DNA of 64,000 nt. Origin: Longimicrobiales bacterium. GTDB taxonomy: Bacteria; Gemmatimonadota; Gemmatimonadetes; Longimicrobiales; Gaopeijiaceae. The stretch lies in the NCBI GenBank assembly GCA_965116905.1, contig OZ220732.1, positions 3,072,001-3,136,000 on the forward strand, written 5' to 3'. Shown in pieces: positions 50,755-60,818 of the stretch (its first letter is position 1; each line of letters opens with the position of its first letter). Under the pieces are notes generated by a model. It was given only the letters and a program-made list of their open reading frames with translations, had not been told where the DNA came from and made no database searches. Made by a program: the position numbers and the translations under genes.

Positions 50755-51620
50755 TTGACGCGATCCGGTGGCGCGGCAACGGGGGTGTCCACGTCGACCG
50801 CGATCAGGCTCCTGTCCATCCCCATGTCGACGACAGCGTGCGTCGCCTCGCCCGGGTACACGGAGGGGATCACGTAGTAGCTCTTGCTCCAGCCCGCCGA
50901 AGTTTCGGCAACCCCGGACAGACGGCCGATCCGAATGCCCCTGGGAAACGCTCCGCCCCGCCCGGAGGTGACCAGCTCGGCACCGTCGGGCAGGTCCGAC
51001 AGAAAGGACGCACCCCGCAACACCAGCCGATCCTGGGCTCTGAACTCCCCGCGGGCCGCCTCGATGATGCCATGCTCCTGACCGTCAACCGTCATGGCCG
51101 AAACGCGAAAATCCGGGTGCGACCAGTCGTAGGCCAGGGCGTAGCCGGGGAACACCTCCTGGACCTGACCGAGCAGTCCGCCTTCGGTGACCACCGCGTT
51201 GAAGGGGCGGATGCCCAGGTCCTCGCCGGCGTCGATGTGAAAAACGCTCTCCGAGCCGGAGGTGCCGGTGCGGACGACCGTGACCGCCACGAAGCGACTC
51301 GGCATCCGCGCCCGCAGCGACAGCACGCCGCGCAGCTGCCTGTTCTCTTCCGCGAGGGTGCGCTGACGGGCAATCAGCGCCATCGACGAGTCCATCTGGG
51401 CCCGCAACACATCGAAGTCGCGTGCGCGCGCCTCCGCCCGCGTGATCATGCCGTTGACCGCGATGAACGGGCTCAGGAGCATCTGCCGAACGGAGTGCGC
51501 AAGGGACCGCTGCGCGGCCTCGGGCAGGTTGAGCAGGATCAGGGAGGTCAGTACGAGCCCGATGATCACGGGGAAGTCGCGCTTGCTCCCTGCCCGGCTC
51601 CTGTTCGACTGACCAGCCAA
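50751..51620 (-). CDS. mreC: Rod shape-determining protein MreC
   Basis: TM, coiled coil EENRQLR, IDAG..GI, GLLGQV, LVTSGRGGAFPRGIRIG. Confidence 0.92.
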   Translation of the reverse strand: MAGQSNRSRAGSKRDFPVIIGLVLTSLILLNLPEAAQRSLAHSVRQMLLSPFIAVNGMITRAEARARDFDVLRAQMDSSMALIARQRTLAEENRQLRGVLSLRARMPSRFVAVTVVRTGTSGSESVFHIDAGEDLGIRPFNAVVTEGGLLGQVQEVFPGYALAYDWSHPDFRVSAMTVDGQEHGIIEAARGEFRAQDRLVLRGASFLSDLPDGAELVTSGRGGAFPRGIRIGRLSGVAETSAGWSKSYYVIPSVYPGEATHAVVDMGMDRSLIAVDVDTPVAAPPDRVN

Positions 51621-51675
51621 CGCTCGTTCTTTCCTCCCATCGGCGGATCGCCCGCCTTACGTCCCGCCGGAGGTT

Positions 51676-52719
51676 CTAGGTTGTGAGGACGGACCGGTAC
51701 TTGGAGAATTCGTCGAGGATCCTGCCGGAACCCCGCACCACGCACGTCATGGGCTCCTCGTCGACGTGGATCGGGAGGTTGGTCTCCAGGGCGATCAGCC
51801 TGTCGAGGCCGCGGATGAGAGCCCCGCCGCCGGTCATGACGATCCCGTAGTCCACAATGTCGGATGCCAGTTCGGGCGGCGTGATCTCCAGCGCCGACCG
51901 GACCGCCTCGACGATCGAGCGCAGCGGCTCCTGAATGCACTCCCGGATCTCCTGGGAGTGGATGAGCACCATCTTCGGGATGCCCGACACGAGATCCCTC
52001 CCCTTGACCTCCATCTCCCGCTCGCCGTCCGTCTCGATCGCCGAACCGATCTGCATCTTGATCGCCTCGGCGGTCGGTTCACCGATCAACAGGTTGTAGT
52101 TCTTCCGGAGGAAGGCGACGATCGACTGATCCAGCTCGTCGCCACCGATCCGAATCGATGTATCGGCGACAATCCCTGAAAGCGCGATTACCGCGATCTC
52201 GGTCGTCCCGCCCCCGATATCGATCACCATGTTCCCCCGCGGGGTCTCGATCGGGAGTCCGACGCCGATGGCCGCGGCCATGGGCTCCGCCACCATGTAC
52301 ACTTCGTTCGCCCCGGCCGCCTGAGCGGAGGAACGCACCGCCCTGCGTTCGAGCTCGGTGATTCCCGACGGCACGCCCACCACGACCCGGGGCTTGATTC
52401 GGAAGATCCGCTTCGACATGACCTGCTTCAGGAAATGGCGAAGCATGAGTTCCGTCACGTCCACATCGGCGATGACGCCATCCTTCAGCGGCCGGACGGC
52501 CTCGATCCCTTCGGGCGTGCGACCGAGCATTCGCTTGGCCTCGAGACCCACGCTCATGATCCGCTTGGTCCCGCGTTCCACGGCAACGACCGAGGGCTCG
52601 CTCAGCACGACGCCTTCCCCGCGGACGCACACGAGCGTATTGGCCGTCCCCAGGTCCACACCGATATCGCTCGTCGGGACCAACCGCTTCGAACTGAACC
52701 AACTGGAGATTGGGGGCAA
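51676..52719 (-). CDS. mreB: Rod shape-determining protein MreB
   Basis: DLGTANT, EPSVVA, RPLKDGVIAD, EPMAAAIG, DIGGGTTE, TPPELASDI, TGGGAL. Confidence 0.98.
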   Translation of the reverse strand: MPPISSWFSSKRLVPTSDIGVDLGTANTLVCVRGEGVVLSEPSVVAVERGTKRIMSVGLEAKRMLGRTPEGIEAVRPLKDGVIADVDVTELMLRHFLKQVMSKRIFRIKPRVVVGVPSGITELERRAVRSSAQAAGANEVYMVAEPMAAAIGVGLPIETPRGNMVIDIGGGTTEIAVIALSGIVADTSIRIGGDELDQSIVAFLRKNYNLLIGEPTAEAIKMQIGSAIETDGEREMEVKGRDLVSGIPKMVLIHSQEIRECIQEPLRSIVEAVRSALEITPPELASDIVDYGIVMTGGGALIRGLDRLIALETNLPIHVDEEPMTCVVRGSGRILDEFSKYRSVLTT

Positions 52720-52807
52720 AGGTCAAGGCGGCCGAAGCGGCTCCGGTATTGGGGAGTTTGCCTCCGCAGAGAGTGGGACCTGATCTAAAACTATCGAAAT
52801 TCCGCGC

Positions 52808-53263
52808 TTATTTCACGCCCGTACTGCCGAAACCGCCGGAGCCGCGCTCCGTTTCGGTCAGCCCCGGCACCTCGTGCACCCGCGGCGACAGGCATCGGCT
52901 GAACACGAGCTGCGCGACACGGTCACCGCGGTTGATCGTAACCGCCTCGGCGCCCGAATTCTGCATCAGGACCTTGAGTTCCCCCCGGTAGTCCGAATCG
53001 ATCGTGCCGGGGCTGTTCGGCAGCGTGATCCCAAACCGCGCCGCCAACCCCGAGCGGGGCCGGACCTGACACTCGAGTCCCGCAGGCATCTCCATGATCA
53101 GCCCCGTCGACGCCGCGTGGATCTGGCCCGGAGCCAGCTGAAAGCTCTCACAACTGCGAATGTCGAAGCCCGCCGCCTCGGCCGACGCACGCGCAGGCAG
53201 GGGAAGATCCGGGTTGGTGGCCAGGCGCTTGAAGCGTACCTCGGGCCCATCGTGCCGGTGCAC
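52808..53263 (-). other. dut: Trimeric dUTPase domain of the Ald fusion
   Basis: Five motifs present: AGFDI, RPRSGL, GTIDSDYRGE, GDRVAQL, RGSGGFGSTG. Confidence 0.93.
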
Positions 53264-54376
53264 CGCCTCCTGCCGGCGAAGGGGCTCCATGCTCATCCCG
53301 AACGCCTCGGCGACCGCCCGATGAACGACCCTGCCCCGCGCGACGTTGATCCCCCTGGCAAGGTCGGGATCTTCGGCGCACGCCTGGCGCCATCCGCACC
53401 GCGCCAGATGCATCGCGAACGGCAGCGTCGCGTTGGTCAGCGCCAGCGTCGAGGTGCGCGGCACCGCGCCGGGGATGTTCGACACCCCGTAGTGGATCAC
53501 TCCATCGACCTCGTAAACCGGGTCCTCGTGTGTCGTCGGCCGTATGGTCTCGACACATCCCCCCTGGTCGACCGCGACATCGACGATCACGGATCCGGGC
53601 CGCATCGTTGCGAGGTCCTCCCGCTTGACCAGACCCGGAGCCTTCCCACCCGGTACGAGCACGGCGCCGATCACGAGGTCGGAGCCGCCGAGCTGCTTCC
53701 GAACGGCGTAACGCGTGCTGAAGAGGAGGTTCACGTTGGCCGGCATGATGTCGGCGAGCTGCCGCAGCCGCGGAAGGGACACGTCCATGATCGACACCCG
53801 GGCGCCCAGGCCCGCCGCCATCCTGGCCGCGTGGGTTCCCACGACGCCCCCGCCCAGCACCAGCACCTTGGCGGGCAGAACCCCGGGGACGCCGCCCAGG
53901 AGAATCCCCGATCCGCCCGAGGGACGGCCGAGGTACTTCGCGCCTTCCTGCACCGCCATGCGCCCCGCCACCTCGCTCATCGGCGTGAGGAGCGGCAGGT
54001 CGCCGTCCTCCGGGCCCACCGTCTCGTATGCAATCGCGATCGCGCCGCTGTCGATCACGGCACGAGTCAGCTTCTCGGATGCCGCAAAGTGGAAGTACGC
54101 GAAGACGATCTGTCCCTCGCGCATCAGGGGCCATTCGGAGGCGACCGGCTCCTTCACCTTCATGATCATCGCGGCGCGCTCCCACACCTCCGCGGCGGTA
54201 TCGACAACCTCCGCGCCCGCGCTCGCATAGAAGTCGTCGGTGAAACCGCTGTCCCCGCCGGCCCCGGCCTGCACGAGAACCTCGTGGCCGGCCTTGCTCA
54301 TGGCCTCGGCGCCGGCCGGTGTCAGCGCGACCCTGTATTCGTTCTGCTTGATCTCGGATGGAATGCCAACGACCAT
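52808..54376 (-). CDS. ald: Alanine dehydrogenase fused in frame to a C-terminal dUTPase (522 aa)
   Basis: About 370 aa Ald (EIKQNEYRVALTP, MKVKEP, PMSEVAGRMA, GGGVVG, DVAVDQGGC, VPRTSTLALTNAT) followed without a stop by a dUTPase domain. Confidence 0.92.
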   Translation of the reverse strand: MVVGIPSEIKQNEYRVALTPAGAEAMSKAGHEVLVQAGAGGDSGFTDDFYASAGAEVVDTAAEVWERAAMIMKVKEPVASEWPLMREGQIVFAYFHFAASEKLTRAVIDSGAIAIAYETVGPEDGDLPLLTPMSEVAGRMAVQEGAKYLGRPSGGSGILLGGVPGVLPAKVLVLGGGVVGTHAARMAAGLGARVSIMDVSLPRLRQLADIMPANVNLLFSTRYAVRKQLGGSDLVIGAVLVPGGKAPGLVKREDLATMRPGSVIVDVAVDQGGCVETIRPTTHEDPVYEVDGVIHYGVSNIPGAVPRTSTLALTNATLPFAMHLARCGWRQACAEDPDLARGINVARGRVVHRAVAEAFGMSMEPLRRQEAVHRHDGPEVRFKRLATNPDLPLPARASAEAAGFDIRSCESFQLAPGQIHAASTGLIMEMPAGLECQVRPRSGLAARFGITLPNSPGTIDSDYRGELKVLMQNSGAEAVTINRGDRVAQLVFSRCLSPRVHEVPGLTETERGSGGFGSTGVK

Positions 54377-54425
54377 TTTCGGGATCCGTTCTGGTTGTCT
54401 CGTGTTCCCGGAGATTCGCGTTCCG

Positions 54426-55673
54426 TCAATGCGGGCCGAGGCACAGGGTGTACTGGCGCTCCGGCTCGCAGACCTCCGCCGCCACTCTCACAATGTCGCC
54501 ATCGGTCACGGAATCTATCCGGCCGGCCAGCTCGTCCAGGGTGACAAAGGGCTCGCGGTACAGCGCAAAGCCCGCAAGGCGGTGCAGCCGGGCACCGGGG
54601 GACTCCTGCGAGAGCATGATCTGGCCCTTCACCTGCTCCTTGATCGTGTCCAGTTCGCCGCTGGCAAGACCCTCGGCCGCGATGCGGCGATAGACGTCAC
54701 GAATCGCATCCAGCGCCTCCGATTCCTTTCCGGGACGGGTTCCCGCGTACACGCCGGAGACGCCGCCGAGGGTGTAGAACGACTGGAAGGAGAACACCGC
54801 GTAGGCCAGGGCCAGCTCCTCCCGGACCCTCTGGAAGAGCCTGGAGCTCATTCCTCCGCCGAGCGCCGTCGCCAGCAGGTTCAGCGCGTGCCGATCCGGG
54901 TGCGAGTGGCCAGGCGTCGTGCGGCCCAGCACGATATGCACCTGCGATGCCTCGCGTGCCACCCTGTCCACGCCTTCTTCGGGGGCCGGAGGCGCGGGAA
55001 CGCCGCCAGCCTCGCGCCCGGGTTCGATCTCACCGAACCACTCGTCGGCCAGCCCGAGGAACTCGTCGTGCTCCACCGCGCCCGCCGCCGCCAAGACCAG
55101 GTTCGACCCGACGTAGCCTTCCCGGTGCAGCCGAACCAGGTCATCGCGCGAGACGGCGGCCACCGAATCACGGGTTCCCAGGATCGACCTGCCGTAGGGA
55201 TGCCCCCGCCACAGGCGCTCACCGTGGAGTTCGAACACGAGGTCGTCGGGCGTGTCCTCCACCGCGGCGATCTCCTCGCCGACCACCATCCTCTCCTGGT
55301 CGAGGTCGCGCTCGGCGAGGCGCGGGTCCCGCACCAGGTCCGAGATCACGTCCACCGCCCGGGGCAGATGCTCCGCCAGCACGCGTGCCTCGTAGCCGGT
55401 ATGTTCCCGCGAGGTGTACGCGTTCAGCGAGCCGCCCACGCTTTCCAGCGAGCGTGCGATCTGGCGGCGTGAGCGCGATCCGGTACCGCGAAAGACCAGG
55501 TGTTCCAGCAGGTGGCTGGCACCGGTCTGGCCGGGACTATCGTGGGCCGCGCCCTGCCGCACCCACGCACCCACGGCCACCGAGCGCACACCCGGCATGC
55601 GCTCGGTCAGGACATGCACCCCGTTTCCCAACCGGTCGCACCCAAAGCTCTGCGTGCGGGGATCGCGCCCCAT
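54426..55673 (-). CDS. M16 family (pitrilysin-like) zinc peptidase
   Basis: HLLEH (HxxEH), NAYTSREHT, HPYGRSILG, LGGGMSSRLFQRVRE; usual position after pnp. Confidence 0.94.
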   Translation of the reverse strand: MGRDPRTQSFGCDRLGNGVHVLTERMPGVRSVAVGAWVRQGAAHDSPGQTGASHLLEHLVFRGTGSRSRRQIARSLESVGGSLNAYTSREHTGYEARVLAEHLPRAVDVISDLVRDPRLAERDLDQERMVVGEEIAAVEDTPDDLVFELHGERLWRGHPYGRSILGTRDSVAAVSRDDLVRLHREGYVGSNLVLAAAGAVEHDEFLGLADEWFGEIEPGREAGGVPAPPAPEEGVDRVAREASQVHIVLGRTTPGHSHPDRHALNLLATALGGGMSSRLFQRVREELALAYAVFSFQSFYTLGGVSGVYAGTRPGKESEALDAIRDVYRRIAAEGLASGELDTIKEQVKGQIMLSQESPGARLHRLAGFALYREPFVTLDELAGRIDSVTDGDIVRVAAEVCEPERQYTLCLGPH

Positions 55674-55704
55674 CCGGCCTTCGCGCCCGATCCCGGTCGT
55701 TCGC

Positions 55705-57834
55705 CTAGCTGCCGGCCCCGGCCTTCTCGGCGACCGGAGTCCTCTCCTCCGCGGCCGCGGCCTTCTTGGAGAGGCGCATGCGGCCCTTCTCGTCGATGGA
55801 CAGGAGCTTGACGCGTATGATGTCTCCGCGGTTCACCACGTCCTCGGTCTTGCCGACCCTGTAGTCCGCCAGCTCCGATATGTGGCACAGCCCCTCGACG
55901 CCGGGCATGATTTCAACGAATGCGCCGAATGTCGTGGTGTTCTTGACCGGCCCTTCGTAGATCCTGCCCACCTCCGGCTCCTGCACGATGGCTTCGATCA
56001 TCTCGCGGGCCCTGGCGCCGGCCTCCGAAGACACGGCGGCAATCTTGACGACGCCGTCGTCGTCCACTTCGATGGTGGCGCCGGATTCGTCCTGTATCGC
56101 CCGGATGGTCTTGCCCTTGGGACCGATGATGTCACCGATCTTCTCCGGGTTGATCCGGATCGATTCGATCCTCGGCGCGTAGTCCGAGAGGTCCTCACGG
56201 GGCGACCCGATCGCCGCGTCCATGCGGTCCAGGATGTGCATGCGGCCCCGGCGGGCCCGCTCCAGCGCCTCGCTCAGCAGCTCGAAGGTCAGCCCCTCGA
56301 TCTTGATGTCCATCTGTATGGACGTGACGCCCTTGCGCGTCCCGGCCACCTTGAAGTCCATGTCCCCCAGCGCGTCCTCGAGGCCAAGAATGTCGGTAAG
56401 GACGGCCACACGGTCACCCTCGGAGACCAGCCCCATCGCCACGCCCGCACAAGCGGCCTGCACCGGCACGCCCGCGTCCATCAGGGACAGCGACGCGGAG
56501 CACACCGACGCCATCGAGGACGACCCGTTCGACTCCAGGATGTCCGAGACGATCCGGATCGTGTACGGAAAGTCGTCGTAGTCGGGAAGCAACGGCTGAA
56601 TGGCCCGCTCCGCGAGCGCCCCATGGCCCTTCTCACGCCGCGAAGTCGACCGGATCGGACGCGCCTCGCCCACCGAGAAGGGCGGGAAGTTGTAGTGAAG
56701 CATGAACGACTTGGTGATCTGCTCGGCGCTGTCGATCGAGTCGATGCGCTGCTCGTCCCGCGAAGTCCCGAGGGTCACGACCCCCAGTGACTGGGTCTCT
56801 CCGCGCGTGAACAGCGCGGACCCGTGCGTCCTGGGCAGGAGCCCGACTTCGCAATCGATCTGGCGCACATCGTCGACGCCCCGGCCGTCTGCCCGCAGAC
56901 CCTCGTCGAGGATGCGGGCGCGCACGCTCTTCTTCTCCAGCGACCGGACGACATCCTGCACGTCCCCGTCGGGAGCCGGTCCCTCCGGGTTCTCTTCAGC
57001 CAGTTGCGCCGAAATGTCCTGCGCAACCGCCTTCAGCGCGGCCGACCGGTCCTTCTTGCTGGTTATCCTCACCGCCTCGGCTACGCGCGCCTCGGCCTCC
57101 TCCTCGACACGGCCACGCAGCTCCGGATCCACCTCCTTGGGCACCCACTCCATCGCGGGAACCCTGCGGGGCGCGATGAGCTCCTCCTGGATCTCGATCA
57201 GCTCCCTGATTGCGTCGTGGGCCACCCTCAGGCCTTCGAGGATCTCGGTTTCGGGGACCTGAATGGCTCCTCCCTCCACCATCACGATCGCGCTTGCCGA
57301 GCCGGCCACGACGATGTCGACGTCGGCGTATTCGAGTTGCAGGAAGGTGGGATTGACCACCCAGTTCCCCTGGATCCTCCCGATGCGCACGGATGCCACG
57401 GGTGTGCGGAAGGGGATGACCGACGTGTTGAGCGCCACGGAGGCGCCGATCAGCGTAAGGACGTCCGCGTCGTTTTCCTGGTCCGCACTCAGGACCTGGG
57501 CGTGGATCTGGGTCTCGTAAAAGAACCCGTTGGGGAAGAGCGGGCGCAGGGTGCGATCCGTCAACCTGGAGGAAAGTACCTCCTTCTCCTGGGGCGCCCC
57601 CTCGCGCTTGAAGAAACCACCGGGGATCTTTCCGGCCGCGTAGGCCTTCTCGCGGTATTCCACCGTAAGCGGGAAAAAGGGGAGATGAGTCGGCCTGTCC
57701 TGCACCGTGGCCGTCACCAGTACTACCGTTTCGCCGAACTGGACGAGGCAGGCCCCATGTGCGAGCCGCGCCATGCGGCCCACTTCGAGGACCAGCCGCC
57801 GGCCGGCGAACTGTCGTTCGATTCTGTCTGTCAT
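55705..57834 (-). CDS. pnp: Polyribonucleotide nucleotidyltransferase
   Basis: FFPLTVEYRE, GKIPGGFFKRE, HGSALFTRGETQ, ESNGSSSMAS, GDMDFKVAG, KH and S1 domains. Confidence 0.98.
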   Translation of the reverse strand: MTDRIERQFAGRRLVLEVGRMARLAHGACLVQFGETVVLVTATVQDRPTHLPFFPLTVEYREKAYAAGKIPGGFFKREGAPQEKEVLSSRLTDRTLRPLFPNGFFYETQIHAQVLSADQENDADVLTLIGASVALNTSVIPFRTPVASVRIGRIQGNWVVNPTFLQLEYADVDIVVAGSASAIVMVEGGAIQVPETEILEGLRVAHDAIRELIEIQEELIAPRRVPAMEWVPKEVDPELRGRVEEEAEARVAEAVRITSKKDRSAALKAVAQDISAQLAEENPEGPAPDGDVQDVVRSLEKKSVRARILDEGLRADGRGVDDVRQIDCEVGLLPRTHGSALFTRGETQSLGVVTLGTSRDEQRIDSIDSAEQITKSFMLHYNFPPFSVGEARPIRSTSRREKGHGALAERAIQPLLPDYDDFPYTIRIVSDILESNGSSSMASVCSASLSLMDAGVPVQAACAGVAMGLVSEGDRVAVLTDILGLEDALGDMDFKVAGTRKGVTSIQMDIKIEGLTFELLSEALERARRGRMHILDRMDAAIGSPREDLSDYAPRIESIRINPEKIGDIIGPKGKTIRAIQDESGATIEVDDDGVVKIAAVSSEAGARAREMIEAIVQEPEVGRIYEGPVKNTTTFGAFVEIMPGVEGLCHISELADYRVGKTEDVVNRGDIIRVKLLSIDEKGRMRLSKKAAAAEERTPVAEKAGAGS

Positions 57835-57952
57835 TTTCTCTTCCGGGATTGCCGCAGAGAACCTGCGGCGAAAAGGGGCCGTGGCACTACCGACGCGCCG
57901 CCGCCCGCCGCATGGCGTGGACGGTCGGAGGACGCCTTCATGCGCGCGCCGA

Positions 57953-58213
57953 TCAATGGCGCAGCCCGAGGTCTTTGATCAATTCGCGGTACCCGTCCAG
58001 ATCGGTCCGCTTGAGGTACTCGAGGAGCCGGCGGCGGCGTCCCACCATCTTCAGGAGGCCGCGGCGGCTGTGATGGTCGTGCCTGTGGGCGTCGAAATGG
58101 ACACGCAGGTGATCGATCCTGGCGGTGAGAAGGGCAACCTGGACCTGGGTGCTTCCGGCCCCGTTATCGTGGGGCTGGTACTTGGCTATGATCGCTTGCT
58201 TGTCGATACCCAT
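57953..58213 (-). CDS. rpsO: 30S ribosomal protein S15
   Basis: [40 protein letters not shown]. Confidence 0.97.
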   Translation of the reverse strand: MGIDKQAIIAKYQPHDNGAGSTQVQVALLTARIDHLRVHFDAHRHDHHSRRGLLKMVGRRRRLLEYLKRTDLDGYRELIKDLGLRH

Positions 58214-58269
58214 TTCGTTCCCGTGTATTGCGCCTCTCTCCAGACACGACGCTGTCAGGCGGACAGCCT

Positions 58270-59244
58270 TTAACCATAGTCTATGGCCGACTGACGCACA
58301 ACCGCATGTCGCTCCAGCAACCTCCGGGTGCTCGCCACGTCCTCCCGCATCTGCCCGACCAGCGCCGCAGCCGATTCGAAGGCGAGCACGGGGCGCAGGT
58401 ATTCGATCAGGTCCAGATGAATCCGCTGCCCGCCCAGGTCCGCGTCGAAATCGAGCAGATGAACCTCGACGGAGGCGCTCGCCCCCGGGAAGGTCGGGCG
58501 TTCCCCGATGTGCAGCGCGCCCATGAACCTGCCCGCGCGAATGGTGACATGACATGCGTAGATGCCCTCGGCGGGCACGAGCTTGTCGGTCCCCGCCACG
58601 CGCAGGTTCGCGGTGGGGAATCCGAGGCTCCGTCCCCGCCCCTCTCCCCTGACGACGGTGCCCGTCAACGAGTACGGCCGTCCCAGCCCGCGGTTGGCGT
58701 CGGCGAGCCGTCCCTCAAGTAGGGCACGGCGAACCGATGAGGACGAGACCGCCGCGGGGCCGGGGCCGGAATGGACGGCTTCCACGACATCGAGCTGAAA
58801 CCCCCTGGCGGCGGCGATGGACCGAAGCGTATTGACGTCTCCGGATCGTCCGCGCCCGAACCCGTGATCGTAGCCGATGACGAGGTGGCTCATCCCCAGG
58901 CGCCGAAGCAGAATCTCATCCACGAACCGCTGCGGCGAGAATTCGCGAAGCTCGGGGGTGAAGGCCAGGAAGACCGCATAGTCGAGCCGGCTGCACGCGA
59001 GGACCGCCTTCTTTTCGTCCGGCGTCGTCAGCAGCGCCGGCGCGGCCTCGGGCCGGACCACGCGCAACGGATGGGGATCGAAGGTGACCAGAACACTTCG
59101 CCCACCCTGCGCCGACGCCCGCTCGCCGATTTCCTCCAGGACCCGCCAATGCCCCCGGTGGACTCCGTCGAAGGTGCCCACGGTGACGATGACGGGGCAA
59201 TCGTCGCGGGGCAGCCCGGAGATGCCCGACCGCAAGACCGTCAC
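58270..59244 (-). CDS. ribF: Bifunctional riboflavin kinase/FAD synthetase
   Basis: [46 protein letters not shown]. Confidence 0.96.
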   Translation of the reverse strand: MTVLRSGISGLPRDDCPVIVTVGTFDGVHRGHWRVLEEIGERASAQGGRSVLVTFDPHPLRVVRPEAAPALLTTPDEKKAVLACSRLDYAVFLAFTPELREFSPQRFVDEILLRRLGMSHLVIGYDHGFGRGRSGDVNTLRSIAAARGFQLDVVEAVHSGPGPAAVSSSSVRRALLEGRLADANRGLGRPYSLTGTVVRGEGRGRSLGFPTANLRVAGTDKLVPAEGIYACHVTIRAGRFMGALHIGERPTFPGASASVEVHLLDFDADLGGQRIHLDLIEYLRPVLAFESAAALVGQMREDVASTRRLLERHAVVRQSAIDYG

Positions 59245-60143
59245 GCCCCGGCGCCCTCGTCGTCATAGAACACCTTGCTGGGCCGGAGCACCCCGTCCCG
59301 GACCGCCCCGATCGCCACCAGCCGTTCATCCGGGAGGACGACGACGGCCGGGCTTCCGTCGGGCGCGTCCCCGGGAATCCATCTCCCTGCGGCCAGCATC
59401 GCCGCCTCGTCGGTGCCGACAACGACGCGCGGCAGGTGCGACAGCGCGGACACCGCCTCGACCCAGGCCCCGTGCGGCGGCTTCCCCGCCCTCACGGAAG
59501 CGAGCGAAGCCGCATCGCGCACGTGGAAGGACCCGACGCGCGTGCGGCGCAACTCCACAAGGTGACAGGACGTTCCCAACCGCTCGCCGAATTCAACCGA
59601 CAGCGCCCGGACATAGGTGCCACTGGAGCACACGACCCGAAAACGCACCCGCGGCGGCACATGGTCGAGTATTTCGAAACAGGTCAGCGTCACCTCCCGG
59701 GGACTGAGGACAACGCGCTCACCGCGCCGCACGCGCCGATGGGCGGGTACCCCGTCGACCTTCACGGCCGAGTAGGCGGGCGGGACCTGGCGCAGCCTGC
59801 CGACCATGCCGGCCGCGGCCGCCTCCAGTTGTTGCCGCTTCAGCGAGACCCAGTGGTCGTCTTCCGCGATCGGCGTTCCGTCGCGGTCCTGCGAGTCCGT
59901 GGCCACTCCGAGCCGGGCGGTTGCCCGGTACGTCTTGTCGAACCCCACGAGGTACTCCAGCAGGCGGGTCGCCTTGCCCGTCGCGAGCACGAGCAGGCCG
60001 GTGGCAAAGGGGTCGAGCGTCCCGGCATGACCCACCTTGCGTACTCCCAATCCCCGGCGCGCCACCGCGACCACGTCGTGGGACGTGATCCCGGCCGGCT
60101 TGTCCACCAGGAGGAAACGCATGACACCGGAGGCACCGGTCAA
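59241..60143 (-). CDS. truB: tRNA pseudouridine(55) synthase
   Basis: DKPAGITSHDVV, KVGHAGTLDPFATGLL, QVPPAYSAVK, CSSGTYVR. Confidence 0.97.
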   Translation of the reverse strand: MTGASGVMRFLLVDKPAGITSHDVVAVARRGLGVRKVGHAGTLDPFATGLLVLATGKATRLLEYLVGFDKTYRATARLGVATDSQDRDGTPIAEDDHWVSLKRQQLEAAAAGMVGRLRQVPPAYSAVKVDGVPAHRRVRRGERVVLSPREVTLTCFEILDHVPPRVRFRVVCSSGTYVRALSVEFGERLGTSCHLVELRRTRVGSFHVRDAASLASVRAGKPPHGAWVEAVSALSHLPRVVVGTDEAAMLAAGRWIPGDAPDGSPAVVVLPDERLVAIGAVRDGVLRPSKVFYDDEGAGA

Positions 60144-60505
60144 GGGTCGTCCGCTCCGCCTTCGGGCGGCATCACGTCGCGCAGTATGGCATCGATCCGC
60201 CTGCCGTCCTCGATCGTCGTGTCACGCTGGAACCGCAGTTCGGGCATGCGCCGGATCCGAAGCTCGCGCCCCAGCACGGAGCGCAGAAACGGGGCCGCAC
60301 GGCCCAGCGCCACCAGCGTGCGGGCCTGTTGATCCCGCGACCCGTGCAGCTCCACGTACACGCGGGCCAGCCAGAGGTCCTCGGTCACATCCACCCCGGT
60401 AACCGTCAGGGGGCCCACGTCCGGGTCGCGAAGCTGGTACTGGATCCTGGTGGACAGTTCCCGGCGCAGCTGCTCGCCCAGTCGTGAACGTCGCCGCCCG
60501 GACAT
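60140..60505 (-). CDS. rbfA: Ribosome-binding factor A
   Basis: LRDPDV..TVTGVDVTEDL..ARVY, RMPELRF..D; position between infB and truB. Confidence 0.93.
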   Translation of the reverse strand: MSGRRRSRLGEQLRRELSTRIQYQLRDPDVGPLTVTGVDVTEDLWLARVYVELHGSRDQQARTLVALGRAAPFLRSVLGRELRIRRMPELRFQRDTTIEDGRRIDAILRDVMPPEGGADDP

Positions 60506-60783
60506 CAATACCGTTCGGTCGAGTTGGCGACCACCACCGCCCCGCGCGCACCGGCCACACGGCGATCGACGGACTCGAGGATCGAATCGGCCTGGGCGGC
60601 GTGCGCCGCGAGGAAAGCCACGGAGATCCGGGCCCGGTTGCGCGCGTCCTGGAGTCCCGACTCGACGACCGACACGTTCATGCGCGCGAGCCGGTCCTTG
60701 AGGGAGCGCAGGACGGATCGCTTTTGCTTCAGCGAGGCCGATCCGGGCACGGATAGATCCCAGGTAGCCACGGTGACGACCAC
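60505..60783 (-). CDS. DUF503 (YlxP-like) protein
   Basis: SLKQKRSVLRSLKDRL..NVSVVE..QD; conserved position between infB and rbfA. Confidence 0.88.
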   Translation of the reverse strand: MVVTVATWDLSVPGSASLKQKRSVLRSLKDRLARMNVSVVESGLQDARNRARISVAFLAAHAAQADSILESVDRRVAGARGAVVVANSTERY

Positions 60784-60818
60784 CCCGGGCCGCTGCGGCA
60801 CAGCGGGACGGGCGTTGC

